Positions 12,501 through 23,513 of a stretch of 64,000 nucleotides of DNA are shown here, one piece after another. The stretch lies in assembly GCA_001643675.2 (NCBI GenBank), contig LSRY02000052.1:248001-312000 (forward strand), in the 5' to 3' direction. Origin of the DNA: Monocercomonoides exilis PA203 (taxonomy: Eukaryota > Protista > Preaxostyla). Position numbers and translations under genes: made by a program. Under the pieces are notes generated by a model, which was not told the origin of the DNA, made no database searches, and saw only the letters and a program-made list of their open reading frames with translations. Numbering within the stretch: the stretch's first letter is position 1; each line of letters opens with the position of its first letter.

Positions 12501-13462
12501 TCAAGTATTAAACGCGTCAAATGGATCTTCATGAGTGTCAGCTTCCAGTTCACTGCCTTCGCTTTCATCATAATCTTCATCATCATTATCCATATTTCGA
12601 ATTATAAGGCCTTCAACTTTATCCAAATACGCCTCTTTGATAGTCCGTGCTTCACCTGCAATAACTGGATCTGAAGAATGTTGAAGGTCTTCAATCAATT
12701 TTATACCCTTTTCATTTAAAAGCTCCAGAAGACAAAAGTTGTACTCGCAAATCTCCTCTTCAGTAAAACAATTGAAAGAATTATCATCTCCAAGAAGAGT
12801 TTTATCATCATCATCTTCTTCTTTGTCTTCACATTCATCCATTCCTTTTGTCTTTGTTAAATCTTCTTCGCTTCCTTCTTCTTTTTCCATCTTCTCCTCT
12901 TTCATCTGTTCCATTTCTTCCGTTTTCTCTTTTTCCAACAAATAAAGTGCGTTTTGCTTTCCAATAAAAAGCATTCTCCGTATTCCCACTAAAAACCTTC
13001 TGACGGTTGAAGTTTCTGCCCACGGAATCGCACAACACAGTGCAGAAACAACATGATAATTGATTAAGTGATCAAAAAACACTTTCTGGTTTATCAAATT
13101 TGTTAAAACAAGAGCAGAATTCCGGATTATTCTGGGATCACAAAGCCATTTTGTGCTTGTGCAGTGTTCACACAACTTCGCCAGGATATCGTCGTTCTCA
13201 GCAACATATTGTGCGTCTTCAGCTCTGCCTGCGGTGAGGTTGTTCAGAAGGAGAATCGCTTCGATTGAAAGATTTGTTACATAATAATTAAGTGCATGCA
13301 GAGCAACAACCAATGCTCCACCTTTTATCAGCATCTGCTCAATGAGGAAATTGAAGGTGCATTTGTGATGAAACATGGGATTGAAAATCAAATCATATCA
13401 AATAAAAGGAGAAATTAAAAGAATTATGATTTATCTCATATATTGATGAGAACATAAAGAAC

Positions 13463-13514
<52 letters not shown>

Positions 13515-15284
13515 ACGCCACAAACCTGAGGAAATTCGTCATTTGTTGCCAAGGCATATTCATTGAAAATAGACAAGCAATTTGATAATGGTAGAGGCTC
13601 ATTAATAAAAGATGCGACCAAAAACAACTTATGAAGAAATCCACTATTTTGAACAAGCTTATTTGAAAAAAAGAATAACATTTAATCAAAAAACAGTGGC
13701 AAGTTCAACAATAAGGATGATTACCAACATTTGGAAAAATGAAAGAAAAGAAAAAAGTATTTTTTTTTAACATTTAACACTGTAAATATTTCCAAAAAAA
13801 TAAATAAGAATTAGCAGACATTAAGTGTTGCATTGTCAGAGTCCCTCATCAAATGACCAAGAATTACAACAATGTCAATAAACGACTTCGATCCATCTTC
13901 CATCGCATAAGAGCAAAAACAAGGCAGATAACGAAAAAAACGAGTTTTGATTGCAGAAAAGGTTAAATGCTGCATTTGTGGAGAACAACTGGCAGACGAC
14001 GATGATGATGCTATTGAGGATATTGACATAGTTGATGAGGCAGCAGAAAAAGGAGAATGCTGCTGCGGAGGTTCCCATTGAGAAGAAGTCGAAGCAGTAG
14101 AAGAAGAAGAATCCACCTCGCTTTGCTTGATAAAATAGAACATGTTTCTTAAAAAAAACATTACACAATTCATAAGAGCAATCTTTGCTTCAAAGGCATT
14201 TGTTGAATTAAGAGTAAGCTTTGGTGCTTGAATATTCATCTGTGATCCATCTGAGTTGAAAACTTGCTGAAAAGATAAAGACGAAGACGAAGGAAAGGAA
14301 GGTTGTTGAGAAAGCGGATGCAATGAATTTGAGGCAATAAAAGGAGATGAATTACTTGGTGAATGCTCAAAGAAGTAATTATTTATAATGGCTTCAACCA
14401 AATCCAGTATCCTTGTTTGCCCTATTCGGTGACAACATTCGCCATCCTGAGCATAATTGCCAAGCGCCCATATTCCCTTCATTTATAGAAAGAATAATCA
14501 TTCATTTTTACAAAAAAAGCAAATATGAGTCAAAATACATTTTCAACAATTTCAATGTATGGAGATCTGAGGCACATTTCTGCAAGTTTTTCAATGCATT
14601 CGCTATACAAAAATGAAATAAGTTGTTCTTGATCACATTTATTGACTGCAAATAAATTTAATCGATATTAATATTATTATAACACAATGAAATAACTTGA
14701 CATAACTTAAATTAATAAGAATAAGCGAAGATTCGAATTGCATTTTTGGATTTTCAACATCACTCAAATATAAAACAACATGAGACATGATTTGCACAAG
14801 TAACATTGCCTCTTTTAGTGCTTCGTCGAATTTTTCTAAATTTTTAATTTATCAAACAAATTCTTAAAAATTATTAAAATATCCAATAAACTGGTGCATG
14901 TCAAATATCGAAGTTTCTGTAACACTTGATATTGGTCTTCTTTTCTGGCAGTTTCAAGTTGTTGAAGCATTAATTTTAAATTCATCTAATCAAAAAAAGC
15001 ATTTTTAAAAAAATGTATTTCTCAAAGATGAAAGAATTTTCCTCAACAATTTTATTGTAAACCTCAATTTCTTGGACCTCTAACAATTTAGTTGGTTCAT
15101 TGAAATCTTTTCGTCGTTTTGAAAGAAAAAATGTTCGATCTGACTTTCGCTCTTGTTCAGCATGAGAACGAAGATCGCATCTTGTGCATTCCTCATCGTT
15201 ATCATTGTGAAGATTGGAAAATCTTTCGTCCTGCCGTTCTAAAGTTGTAAGTTTCGAAAAATCTGGTACTTTAGAATTGGACAT
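12501..15284 (-). CDS. Divergent importin-alpha (IBB-like N-terminus plus ARM repeats), multi-exon
   Basis: IBB-like ERKSDRTFFLSKRR; GIWALGNYAQDG (cf. AVWALGNIAGD); C-terminal NEKGIKLIEDLQHSSDPVIAGEARTIKEAY (cf. GGLDKIEALQNHENE). Confidence 0.7.
13464..13513. repeat. Poly(A/T) tract (~50 nt) inside an importin intron
   Basis: Read directly from the sequence. Confidence 0.95.
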
Positions 15285-15587
15285 ATTTTAATAAATTCAT
15301 TACATTTATGATCAATTAAGTTCTTTTTCAGAAAATAATACTTTCTGGCTCAAAACGCTTTTTATGAACTTTAGAGAAAAGAAATCAAATTAAAAAGTCA
15401 GTACTTAATGAAAAATCAAATTTATAATCTTCTATAATTTTTGATGGTTTTTTTCTGTTTTTCAAACCAAAATCTTGATAAAAAAATGAACCGAATTTTC
15501 AATTTCTTCTTGTAAAATTCATGTTAAAAAATTTCCAAGAAGAAATGATGTCAAAATAGGGACATATTGACATGCGAGTATTTTAAG

Positions 15588-16020
15588 TTCTGAAATAAAC
15601 AAAAAAGAAAAGATAATATATTATTAAAATAAACAATAAAAATTCTTAAAATAATAATTAATAAAACATACAGAAGTCAAATAGACCACCAAGATCTTGT
15701 TCTTCCTCTTCTTCAACTTTCTTCTTTTCTTCTTCCTTCTTCTTCTTGTCATCTCCCTTCTTCTTGTCATCCTTGTGAGATGGTTCTGAGGATGCAGCTG
15801 CAGCAACTGGGGCTGGAGCAGCAACAGCTCCGCCTGAGAACAAAAGGTCCTCAATGTTTTTGTTTGCCAGCATCTTTGCAAACAACACTGGAAGATATGC
15901 TGGAACTTTAACATTGGCAGCTGTTAAAATTGCTTGGATGGCATCCTTTGTGATTGCAATTTTGTCGTCATGGAGGATGAGAGCGGCATAAACGCATGCA
16001 AGTTCTTCTTTTGTTGCCAT
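15588..16020 (-). CDS. RPLP1: 60S acidic ribosomal protein P1
   Basis: [24 protein letters not shown]...[13 protein letters not shown]. The stop codon is probably completed by splicing across intron 15590-15671. Confidence 0.95.
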
Positions 16021-16444
16021 TTTTTATTGATCAATTTTTTAAAGTCGACTTTCGGAATTATAATTATATATTATAAAGGGTTAACATTGATTTGAAAGTT
16101 TCAGTTTCATCCATTTTAACAATCTTCAATATTTCTACTCCTCTTGTTAAAAAAAAAAAAATCAACGAATAATCACTCAATATTTGAATAAAATGAAACA
16201 AAATAAAAATTCCAATAAATCAGTCAAACTCAATTTTGTTATTTAAAATTCGATAAATTAGAACATAAAACAAGTGCGCAAAATCTTTTATGAAATTAAT
16301 TCATTGTTAGTTCAATTTCTCAAATATGTTACGCATTATTCTAATAAAAGAAAATAAAATGTTTTATCGATGGATGCATACTAAAAACTAACAGTAACTA
16401 TTAAACTAATAAATGTATATCACGAAAAATACATATTTCTTTAT

Positions 16445-17026
16445 CTAACTTTCATCTTTTTCATTTTTTTTCATAAAACTTTCTAATGTCAAATTATCTT
16501 CTTCCTTTGAATCTTCATCCGCTTTTGGCTTGATAATATGTGCTTTCATTGTTAAATGCTCAATGTTTAAACGCAAAATTGTCACTTTCTGAAGTGAATT
16601 TGTAAGCATTGAAGTTTTTGCTTTCTCAGGAAGTTCTGAAACAACAGATTCAATAAAGCACGAAAGCCCTTTTCTTTTATCTTCGGCTGATATAAGCTCT
16701 TCCAATATTCCGAAAGCGATTACGCTCGAATAGGATGTCGTTAATGACTTAAAATTAACTTCATGCTCACCAATGACGCAAAAGCTGACCTTGTTATTTA
16801 AACGAAGGCTATCTATTTTGAAACCTTCACTCGCACAATGAAAATATAAAGAATTATGTCCATCAAAAGCATAATTCATCGGAACTCCATAGCCATAGCC
16901 ATTTGCTCCACAAAGTGATAAAACTCCGTAATTCTGAGTTGAAAGCAGCTTTAATGCTTCCTCGTTACTGGACTCTCTTTCTTTACGCCTAACTTGTGGA
17001 AACGGTGACGACTTTTCCTCGGACAT
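16445..17026 (-). CDS. Nim-like (5-nitroimidazole resistance)/pyridoxamine 5'-phosphate oxidase-family flavoprotein, intronless
   Basis: RRKERE...GVLSL...YGVPMNY...LYFHCASEGFKID...NNKVSFCV...TTSYSSVIAFG is typical of bacterial NimA/PNPOx-like proteins. Confidence 0.85.
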   Translation of the reverse strand: MSEEKSSPFPQVRRKERESSNEEALKLLSTQNYGVLSLCGANGYGYGVPMNYAFDGHNSLYFHCASEGFKIDSLRLNNKVSFCVIGEHEVNFKSLTTSYSSVIAFGILEELISAEDKRKGLSCFIESVVSELPEKAKTSMLTNSLQKVTILRLNIEHLTMKAHIIKPKADEDSKEEDNLTLESFMKKNEKDES

Positions 17027-17689
17027 GACAAAAGTGATGTTTTCTATTTTATGCTTTTTTTATTTTGGCAACTCTTTTGATCATTTGCTTGTCATGTCTT
17101 TTTTTTGCAAATAATTGTTGATCTATCAACAAAATCAAATTATTTTTCAACTTTTTGCTAGCTGCACTATTTTTGAAGTTTTAGAAAATAATACTCAATT
17201 TTGAAAAAGAAAGAAGGAACAGTCATATTTGTTTCATCAATTTATTTTTCAAAAAATATACCGAAATTTGATGAATAAATCTCTCAATCATTCTCTCCTT
17301 TTTTGTTAAGTTTTCACATTTTTTTTTTAATGCTTTTAAATTTTCTAATATTTTTTTAATAAATTATTTTATCATCAAATAGAATAGTCCAAGTCGAAAC
17401 ATTCTGAAAGAGTAATGCTTTCTGATATTTTACAAATATAATGCATTTTATAATGATTTTCCTTTCTTATTAAAAAAAAAAAGAAGAAAAACAGATAGAG
17501 AGATGTGAAGAATTCTTACTAAATTACACATGCATGAAGCTTCGTTCTGTCTTCACTAAATCACAAACTATTTGCGTTGCTAATGATTAACATAAACATT
17601 TTATCGTTCAACAAAAAATTGAGGTAAATAACGAAAAATATTGACAATTTCCCCTTGAGGCAAAATACACACAGCAAAAAAACTCAGAA

Positions 17690-19204
17690 TTACCACAAGC
17701 TCGTTCCACCCTTTCTCGCAGCAGAAGCAGTGGGATGAGGAGCCGACATCAGAGAAGACGTGCAGAAAGGATTGTCTGCACTTGTAGCATTCGAAGTCGA
17801 TATGCCACCACCTCCACCACCTCCTCCACTTCTTCCCCATCCACCACCGCCTCCCCCTCCTCCCCATCCACCACCACCACCACCTCCCCAACTGCTATCA
17901 CTACCCCACTTCGAGCTGCTACTTCTGGACGAGGAACCAGTTGCAAAGCTGTCGTCCCATTCTCTTCTGGGAGCAGAGGCACGCTGAGTCACACGAGGCC
18001 TGGCTGATGAGGACGGCACTTGCTTTGCTGTGCTTCTCCCCATTGAAGGCCTCAATGAAGACGAACCAGAGGCAACAGATTGCCTTGAAGCCGTGCCAAT
18101 AGAAGAGCTTGCCTTTGAAGTGGTCATAACTCTCCCTTTCGAAGAGGAAGCAGACGGCAAGCGGCTGGAGCCGGGCAAAGTTCTTCTGCCTGTGCTTGTT
18201 CTTGAAGAAACGGGGGCTCTGCTGGCGGCTGAAGTGCGAGATGAAGTGGAATACGATGAATGTGATGGATAAGAAGACGATGAAGAATAGCGCGATGAAG
18301 GCGCACATGAATAGGAATTAGACGAACGCCGAGCTGCACGTATGGCAGCTATAAACTCTTCGTGCTCCTGGCGCCATTTGTCTTCACGAATTGACGTTTG
18401 CAAATAATAATATTTTAATTCAAAAAGAAAAGAAAAGAAAATACTGATTTCACAAAAAACAAAAAACTGTGAAAAACAAACCATTGTTAGCTCTTGAAGA
18501 ATAAGAGTGTGTTCTCGACGAAAAAGCAGAAGGTCTTGCAGAAGGAGGAAGATCAGACAATCTTTGCTTCGTACTGTTGAATGTTCTCCTTTAAAAAAAA
18601 AGCAAAATAAAATCGTACGGACTCCAATGTTCGCGCAACAAACCGCCTTTTTGATTCAGATTCATTGACTTTTCTACAAATCTGCTGATGTTTTGCAATT
18701 CTGTCCTGTGAAAATTTTCTTCCACAAACAGCACAGTTTATCAACATGCCTCCTTCCATGCCACTTGCAAAAGAAGCCATATCTGCTGATGGAGACGACT
18801 TGGAAAAAGCTGGCATGCTATCATAAGTTGAAGTGGAAATTCTACTTGAAGTTGAAGTTGTACCTCTTCGAGCTATTGCGATACAAAAACGAAAGAAAAT
18901 TCAATTCAAAGAAAAACATGAAAATGATTGTAGCTTTGCAACGAACTTTTGAGTTTGCGCATTGCTTCTTTAGCTGCTGAGCAAGTCTTTAGATGATGCT
19001 CCATATCACATCTCAAGAAGAATTAATTACTTTTATTTGTCAATATCAAACTCAAACAGCATACTTTCGAACTTCAGTATCACAATATTGACAGGGAATT
19101 TCTATGTATTGAGATTGAATTTGACAGTCTTTCAAATGAAAAGGCAAAGAGGCCTTAAAAAACATTTTCCCGCAACAAGGGCAGGGAATTGCTTTAGGTG
19201 GCAT
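17690..19204 (-). CDS. C2HC zinc-finger protein (ZC2HC1-like), multi-exon, Ser/Gly-rich tail
   Basis: CPCCGKMFFKASLPFHLKDC; CQYCDTEVRK|CDMEHHLKTC; CAVCGRKFSQDRIAKHQQIC; KWRQEHEEFIAAIRAAR. Confidence 0.8.
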
Positions 19205-19388
19205 TTTGTCTTAGCGTCGTAAAATTATTTTGAATGTGAATATATGGACTTAATATGAACCAATAATGAGAGCAAACATCAAAAAACAACAAAGCAAAGT
19301 TGAAGTTAAAAAGTCAAAGATTTTTGTTAAGGAGATGATCAAAACATAAAACTCGAAATGAATTGTATTAATAAAAATAAACTAATTT

Positions 19389-22061
19389 TCAGCTAGTTTC
19401 AGGATATACATGCTGTAATAAATTAAGAATTGGTATCATTGTTTTCGAAAATTCTTGCTCTTCAGAAAGGATTGTTGAGGCTGCAAGTTGTGAATTCATT
19501 TCCAAATCAATCTGAGCTTCTTTAAGAGCAGCTCTTTTGTCTTCAAACATCTTCAGGAGCTTGTCTTCAACAATCTGCTGCGTTGCAATCATTTCAGAAA
19601 ATTCTGCAAGTACTTCAAGATCATCATCTGAACACGAGTCACGATCACCGCACCTTTCCAACTCTTCTTTTTGTTTTTCCACTTTCTCTCTCAACTGCCT
19701 CGCCTCTTCGTCCAACCGCTCGTTCTCCGCCTTCAGAACAGCCTGTGCCTCAGCCACCATCCTCTTCTCGTTCTCTGCCTCTTCTGCCTCTGCTGCTGCT
19801 GCCTCTTCCACTTCAGCTGCAATCAGCCGATGCGCCTCAGCAACAATACGACGACGCGCTTCTTCTTTTGCTCTGTCGATTGAAGAGGCATTTCCTTGCT
19901 CTCCTTCTCCTTCTCCTTCTCCATCTTTGCCTTTGCCTTTGCCCTCAGCCAAATCAGCTCGCTGTAAGGAAGCGATTATTTCAATGACTTCTTCTGAAGT
20001 GAAAGTGGGTGTCTGTGCCGATGAGGCTGGCTGGGCCAGCTGACGTGTGGAATGAAGAGGAGACGACGTGGCCAGCGGAGAGGACAGGAAAGAGGAGGAC
20101 ACGGTGGATGACAGCAGAGAAGACTGATGCGCTGGTGTAGCTGTGGCTGTGGCAGAAGCAGAGGGGGATGATGAAGAAGATGCTGATGAAGCTGATGAAG
20201 CTGAAGAGACTGAAGAGGCAGGAGAGATGGCAGAAGGTGAGGGAGCAGGTGATTGAGAGAAAAGAGGCGTGTTGCGTTGCATCATCGGAGTGGTTGAAGG
20301 TGCAAAGGAATAAATCTGTTGATTTGAAATCAAATGGATTCGAAGAAAAGGAATAAAAAAAAAAAATAGAATATAAAATAATGCAATAAATGTGTTAAAA
20401 GGAAGAAATAATTACAATAACAATAAAATATAATTAAAAAAAAATTGAAATTATTCAAATAAAACAGAAATTACTCTTAGAGCATAATCCATAAGCAATA
20501 CATGCCTGAGATGTCTTTCCCAAGGACTGTCTCACCAGACTTGCAGATTTCATCTCCTCTTCAGTTTCAGCTGATCCAATGGTGGCTGTCATGGTGACAC
20601 CAGAAGCAAATAGAAGCCACAAAACAGGCTTGCTGCTCATTGCATTCTGTGGGGAGGCAGGCGATTTATGCGATGAAGAGGCAAGTGAAGTGGATGTCCG
20701 GTTCATCGAAGAAGAAGAAGAAGAAGAAGATGATGATGATGAGAAGTTGGAGGAGGAGGAATAAAGTTGGGCAGCAAAAGCAGCAAGTGGATGTGCCTTC
20801 CAATCGAAAGTCACTTTCATTTTGGAGAGGTGCTCGGATGTGACAGAGACAGAATACAGTGAATGAGTCTTTGATGATAGGCATAATACAACAGGATATG
20901 CAAGGCACAGAGAAACAGAGGGAAGAAGTTGAGTGGACTGAGGAGAAGAAGATGAAGAAGATGAAGAAGATGAAGAGGAGGAAGCAGAAGATTGTGATGA
21001 AATAGGAGTAGAAGCAATATCAACAGAAGATGCAGTGAACTTAGGAGACTGAGCAGGCTCTTGTGGAGAATGCTGCTCAGACGAGCTGTCCTCCAGCAGC
21101 AAATCAGAGTCGAGTGTAATTCGCGTCAACGATCCGTTTTGTGTGGCGATGAATGCGCTTCTCTCAAAACTGACAATGTCACACACTGGATAATGCATTC
21201 GAAGGCGAAACAGCTCATTTTTTTCCTCAATGCTTTCTTCTTCACTTATCGATTCCGTCTGAGAAGGGCTTGAATTTTCATCAATTTCGCTCTCTTCATC
21301 AATACAATGAACAAGACCGCTACGTTCTCCGATCCACAATAGCCCATCTTCATTGCTTGAAAGAGCAGTAATGCTGTCATTGCCAATTTTCATTCGATCG
21401 ATTTGTTTGCTCTCTTTTGCGCTCCATCTATATATGCATCCGTTATCACCAGCTCCGAAAATATGATCTGGGTTATGATGAGATACAAGTATTTTGTTTA
21501 TGGCAGTTAACGGATTTGATGATCTTTAAAATAAAAAAATAAAAAATAAAAATATGATGACACAACCATCGCAAAAATTAAATCAATTATAACAAAATGA
21601 TAATCGCAAACAATCTACCAGCCTTAACTATCTTTTTAGGATCCTTTTTTGAAAAATCAATATTTCAAATAAAAATCAAATTATTCAAAGTCCAAGTTGA
21701 AAAGAAAAACGTTTCTGTTGTATTAACATACTGCACATTTAATTTTCCAGATGTAACCAGCATTATCGGAAATCAGAATCATCTGTATCTCTTCCACAAA
21801 AACAATAGAAGTTGCAACATGCTGAAGTGTTGCGCGGAAAAGTGGACGATTATCAATTGTACTCGTTGCTAACACAGCATTTCCAGCTACTGCCCAGCAC
21901 TGGTTGTTTACAACAAGAAGCAAATGACCGACATAATCGCGAGGTATTGTATTTGTTTTCGAACTCTTCGAAAAGAAGTTTATTCAAAAATTATGCACAA
22001 TAACTTTCAATGAAAGAATTTATATTTAGCATACAACTTTAAATAGCAAATCATCGCTCAT
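19389..22061 (-). CDS. Uncharacterised protein: beta-propeller/WD-like N-terminus, Ser-rich linker, C-terminal coiled coil
   Basis: Spliceable ORFs 21723-21923, 20455-21393 and 19389-20333. Blade-like strands (ITALSSNEDGLLWIGERSGLVHCID). ATG at 22061 is followed by a GT donor. Confidence 0.55.
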
Positions 22062-22223
22062 TGAAAAAAATCGGGCAATTTTAAACTTTAAAAAGAATTA
22101 AAATTCCAAAAAATATAAATTATTTATTTAACCCATATTTTGTTGCGATTTTTCAAAATATCAAAATTTGCACTTTATATCAAATTAATAGATTTTGAAT
22201 AATCACGTGTAAATATTAAAATT

Positions 22224-23389
22224 ATGTTTTCTACCGAGCAAAGACGTAAAACTCCGCAAATATCCCAAACAATTGATATTCAATCATCACAAACTGATGC
22301 CCTTCCTTCTTCTTCAATTCGGTTAGCTAAAATTAGCATGCTTCACAAAAAGTTAGAATCATTGAATTCTACAACTCTTCGAGAGAAATCAGTTTGTTTT
22401 ATTTTTTATTTATCTTTGTAACCAATTATTATTGAATCAATTAAATCTACTTTTTTTTCAGGCAATGAGAAAAGAATTAGAAGTTAAATTAAAACAAGCT
22501 CAAAGTGCTTTCGAGAAATACACCAAATCAAATAAACAAGCGCTCACTATAATGAAAGAGCGCGTTCAAGAATTGAAGAATGGAGCAGAATTGGATAAAG
22601 GTATTGCAAGTGTTTTCACCAGAAATACATGATTCAACAAATCACCTTTATAGGTTTATATTCAATAGTTGACAAGCGTACCACAAAGGAATTGCAAGCG
22701 TTTGAATCCAACATCCTTTGCGATATTCTCAAAAACAAGAAAAAGTTGAGTACAGATGGTTCTGAAGGAGTTCAAATGCTGGATAAAGAAGTAGAAACAT
22801 TAAAGTGTGCTAATTGAAATATTATTTTTTTTTAAAAAAAATTCAATTCAAACCTTTTTTTAAAAGAACTGAATTTTCGGCTGGCCAATCACAAATGAAA
22901 GCTGATTCAGATACAATGATTGAAGAAGTTAACAAAGATTTTGGAGTTGTTATACGAATGGTAGAAGAGCGCAAAGAAGAGAGAAAACGATGCTGTTTGC
23001 CTCTATTTGTAAAAATATAAATTTTTGATAATTTTTTATTAAAAATCTATCAATTGAGTGATGGCACTTGAACGAGAGCACAGAAGCAGTGATGATAAAA
23101 CAAGAATGCAAGCAATGCTTGATAATGAAAGGAAAGAAAGAGAAAGTAATTTTAAAGAGATTATTACTCAACAAGACTTCGTCTGGAATTCAATCCAGCA
23201 ACGACTGGCTGTATGAAGTCATAAATTATTCATATAACTTTAATGGATTTTATTTTATAAATTTATAACATATATGATTTTTCACCTAAATTGTTGAAAT
23301 TATTAATGCAGACCGAACAAAAATTGAGAGATGATGCAGAGGAACGCTTACTGAAGGAGCTGGAAACTGCATGCGGTAGCCAAGATTGA
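22224..23389 (+). CDS. Helical/coiled-coil protein, 6 exons; possibly the N-terminus of the adjacent PI3K
   Basis: In-frame exon chain MFSTEQRRK...REKS|AMRKELE...LDK|VDKR...TLK|TEFS...KRC|LMALERE...RLA|TEQKLRD...ACGSQD*. Confidence 0.6.
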
Positions 23390-23513
23390 ATTCCTCATCC
23401 TCCCTCTATTATTAAATAACTTATCAATTTTGAAAACATTTGTTTCAATTTCTTTTATAACAACAAAACATTTCACAAATTAGTTTTATTTTGGTTGTGA
23501 TTTGATCTTTTTC

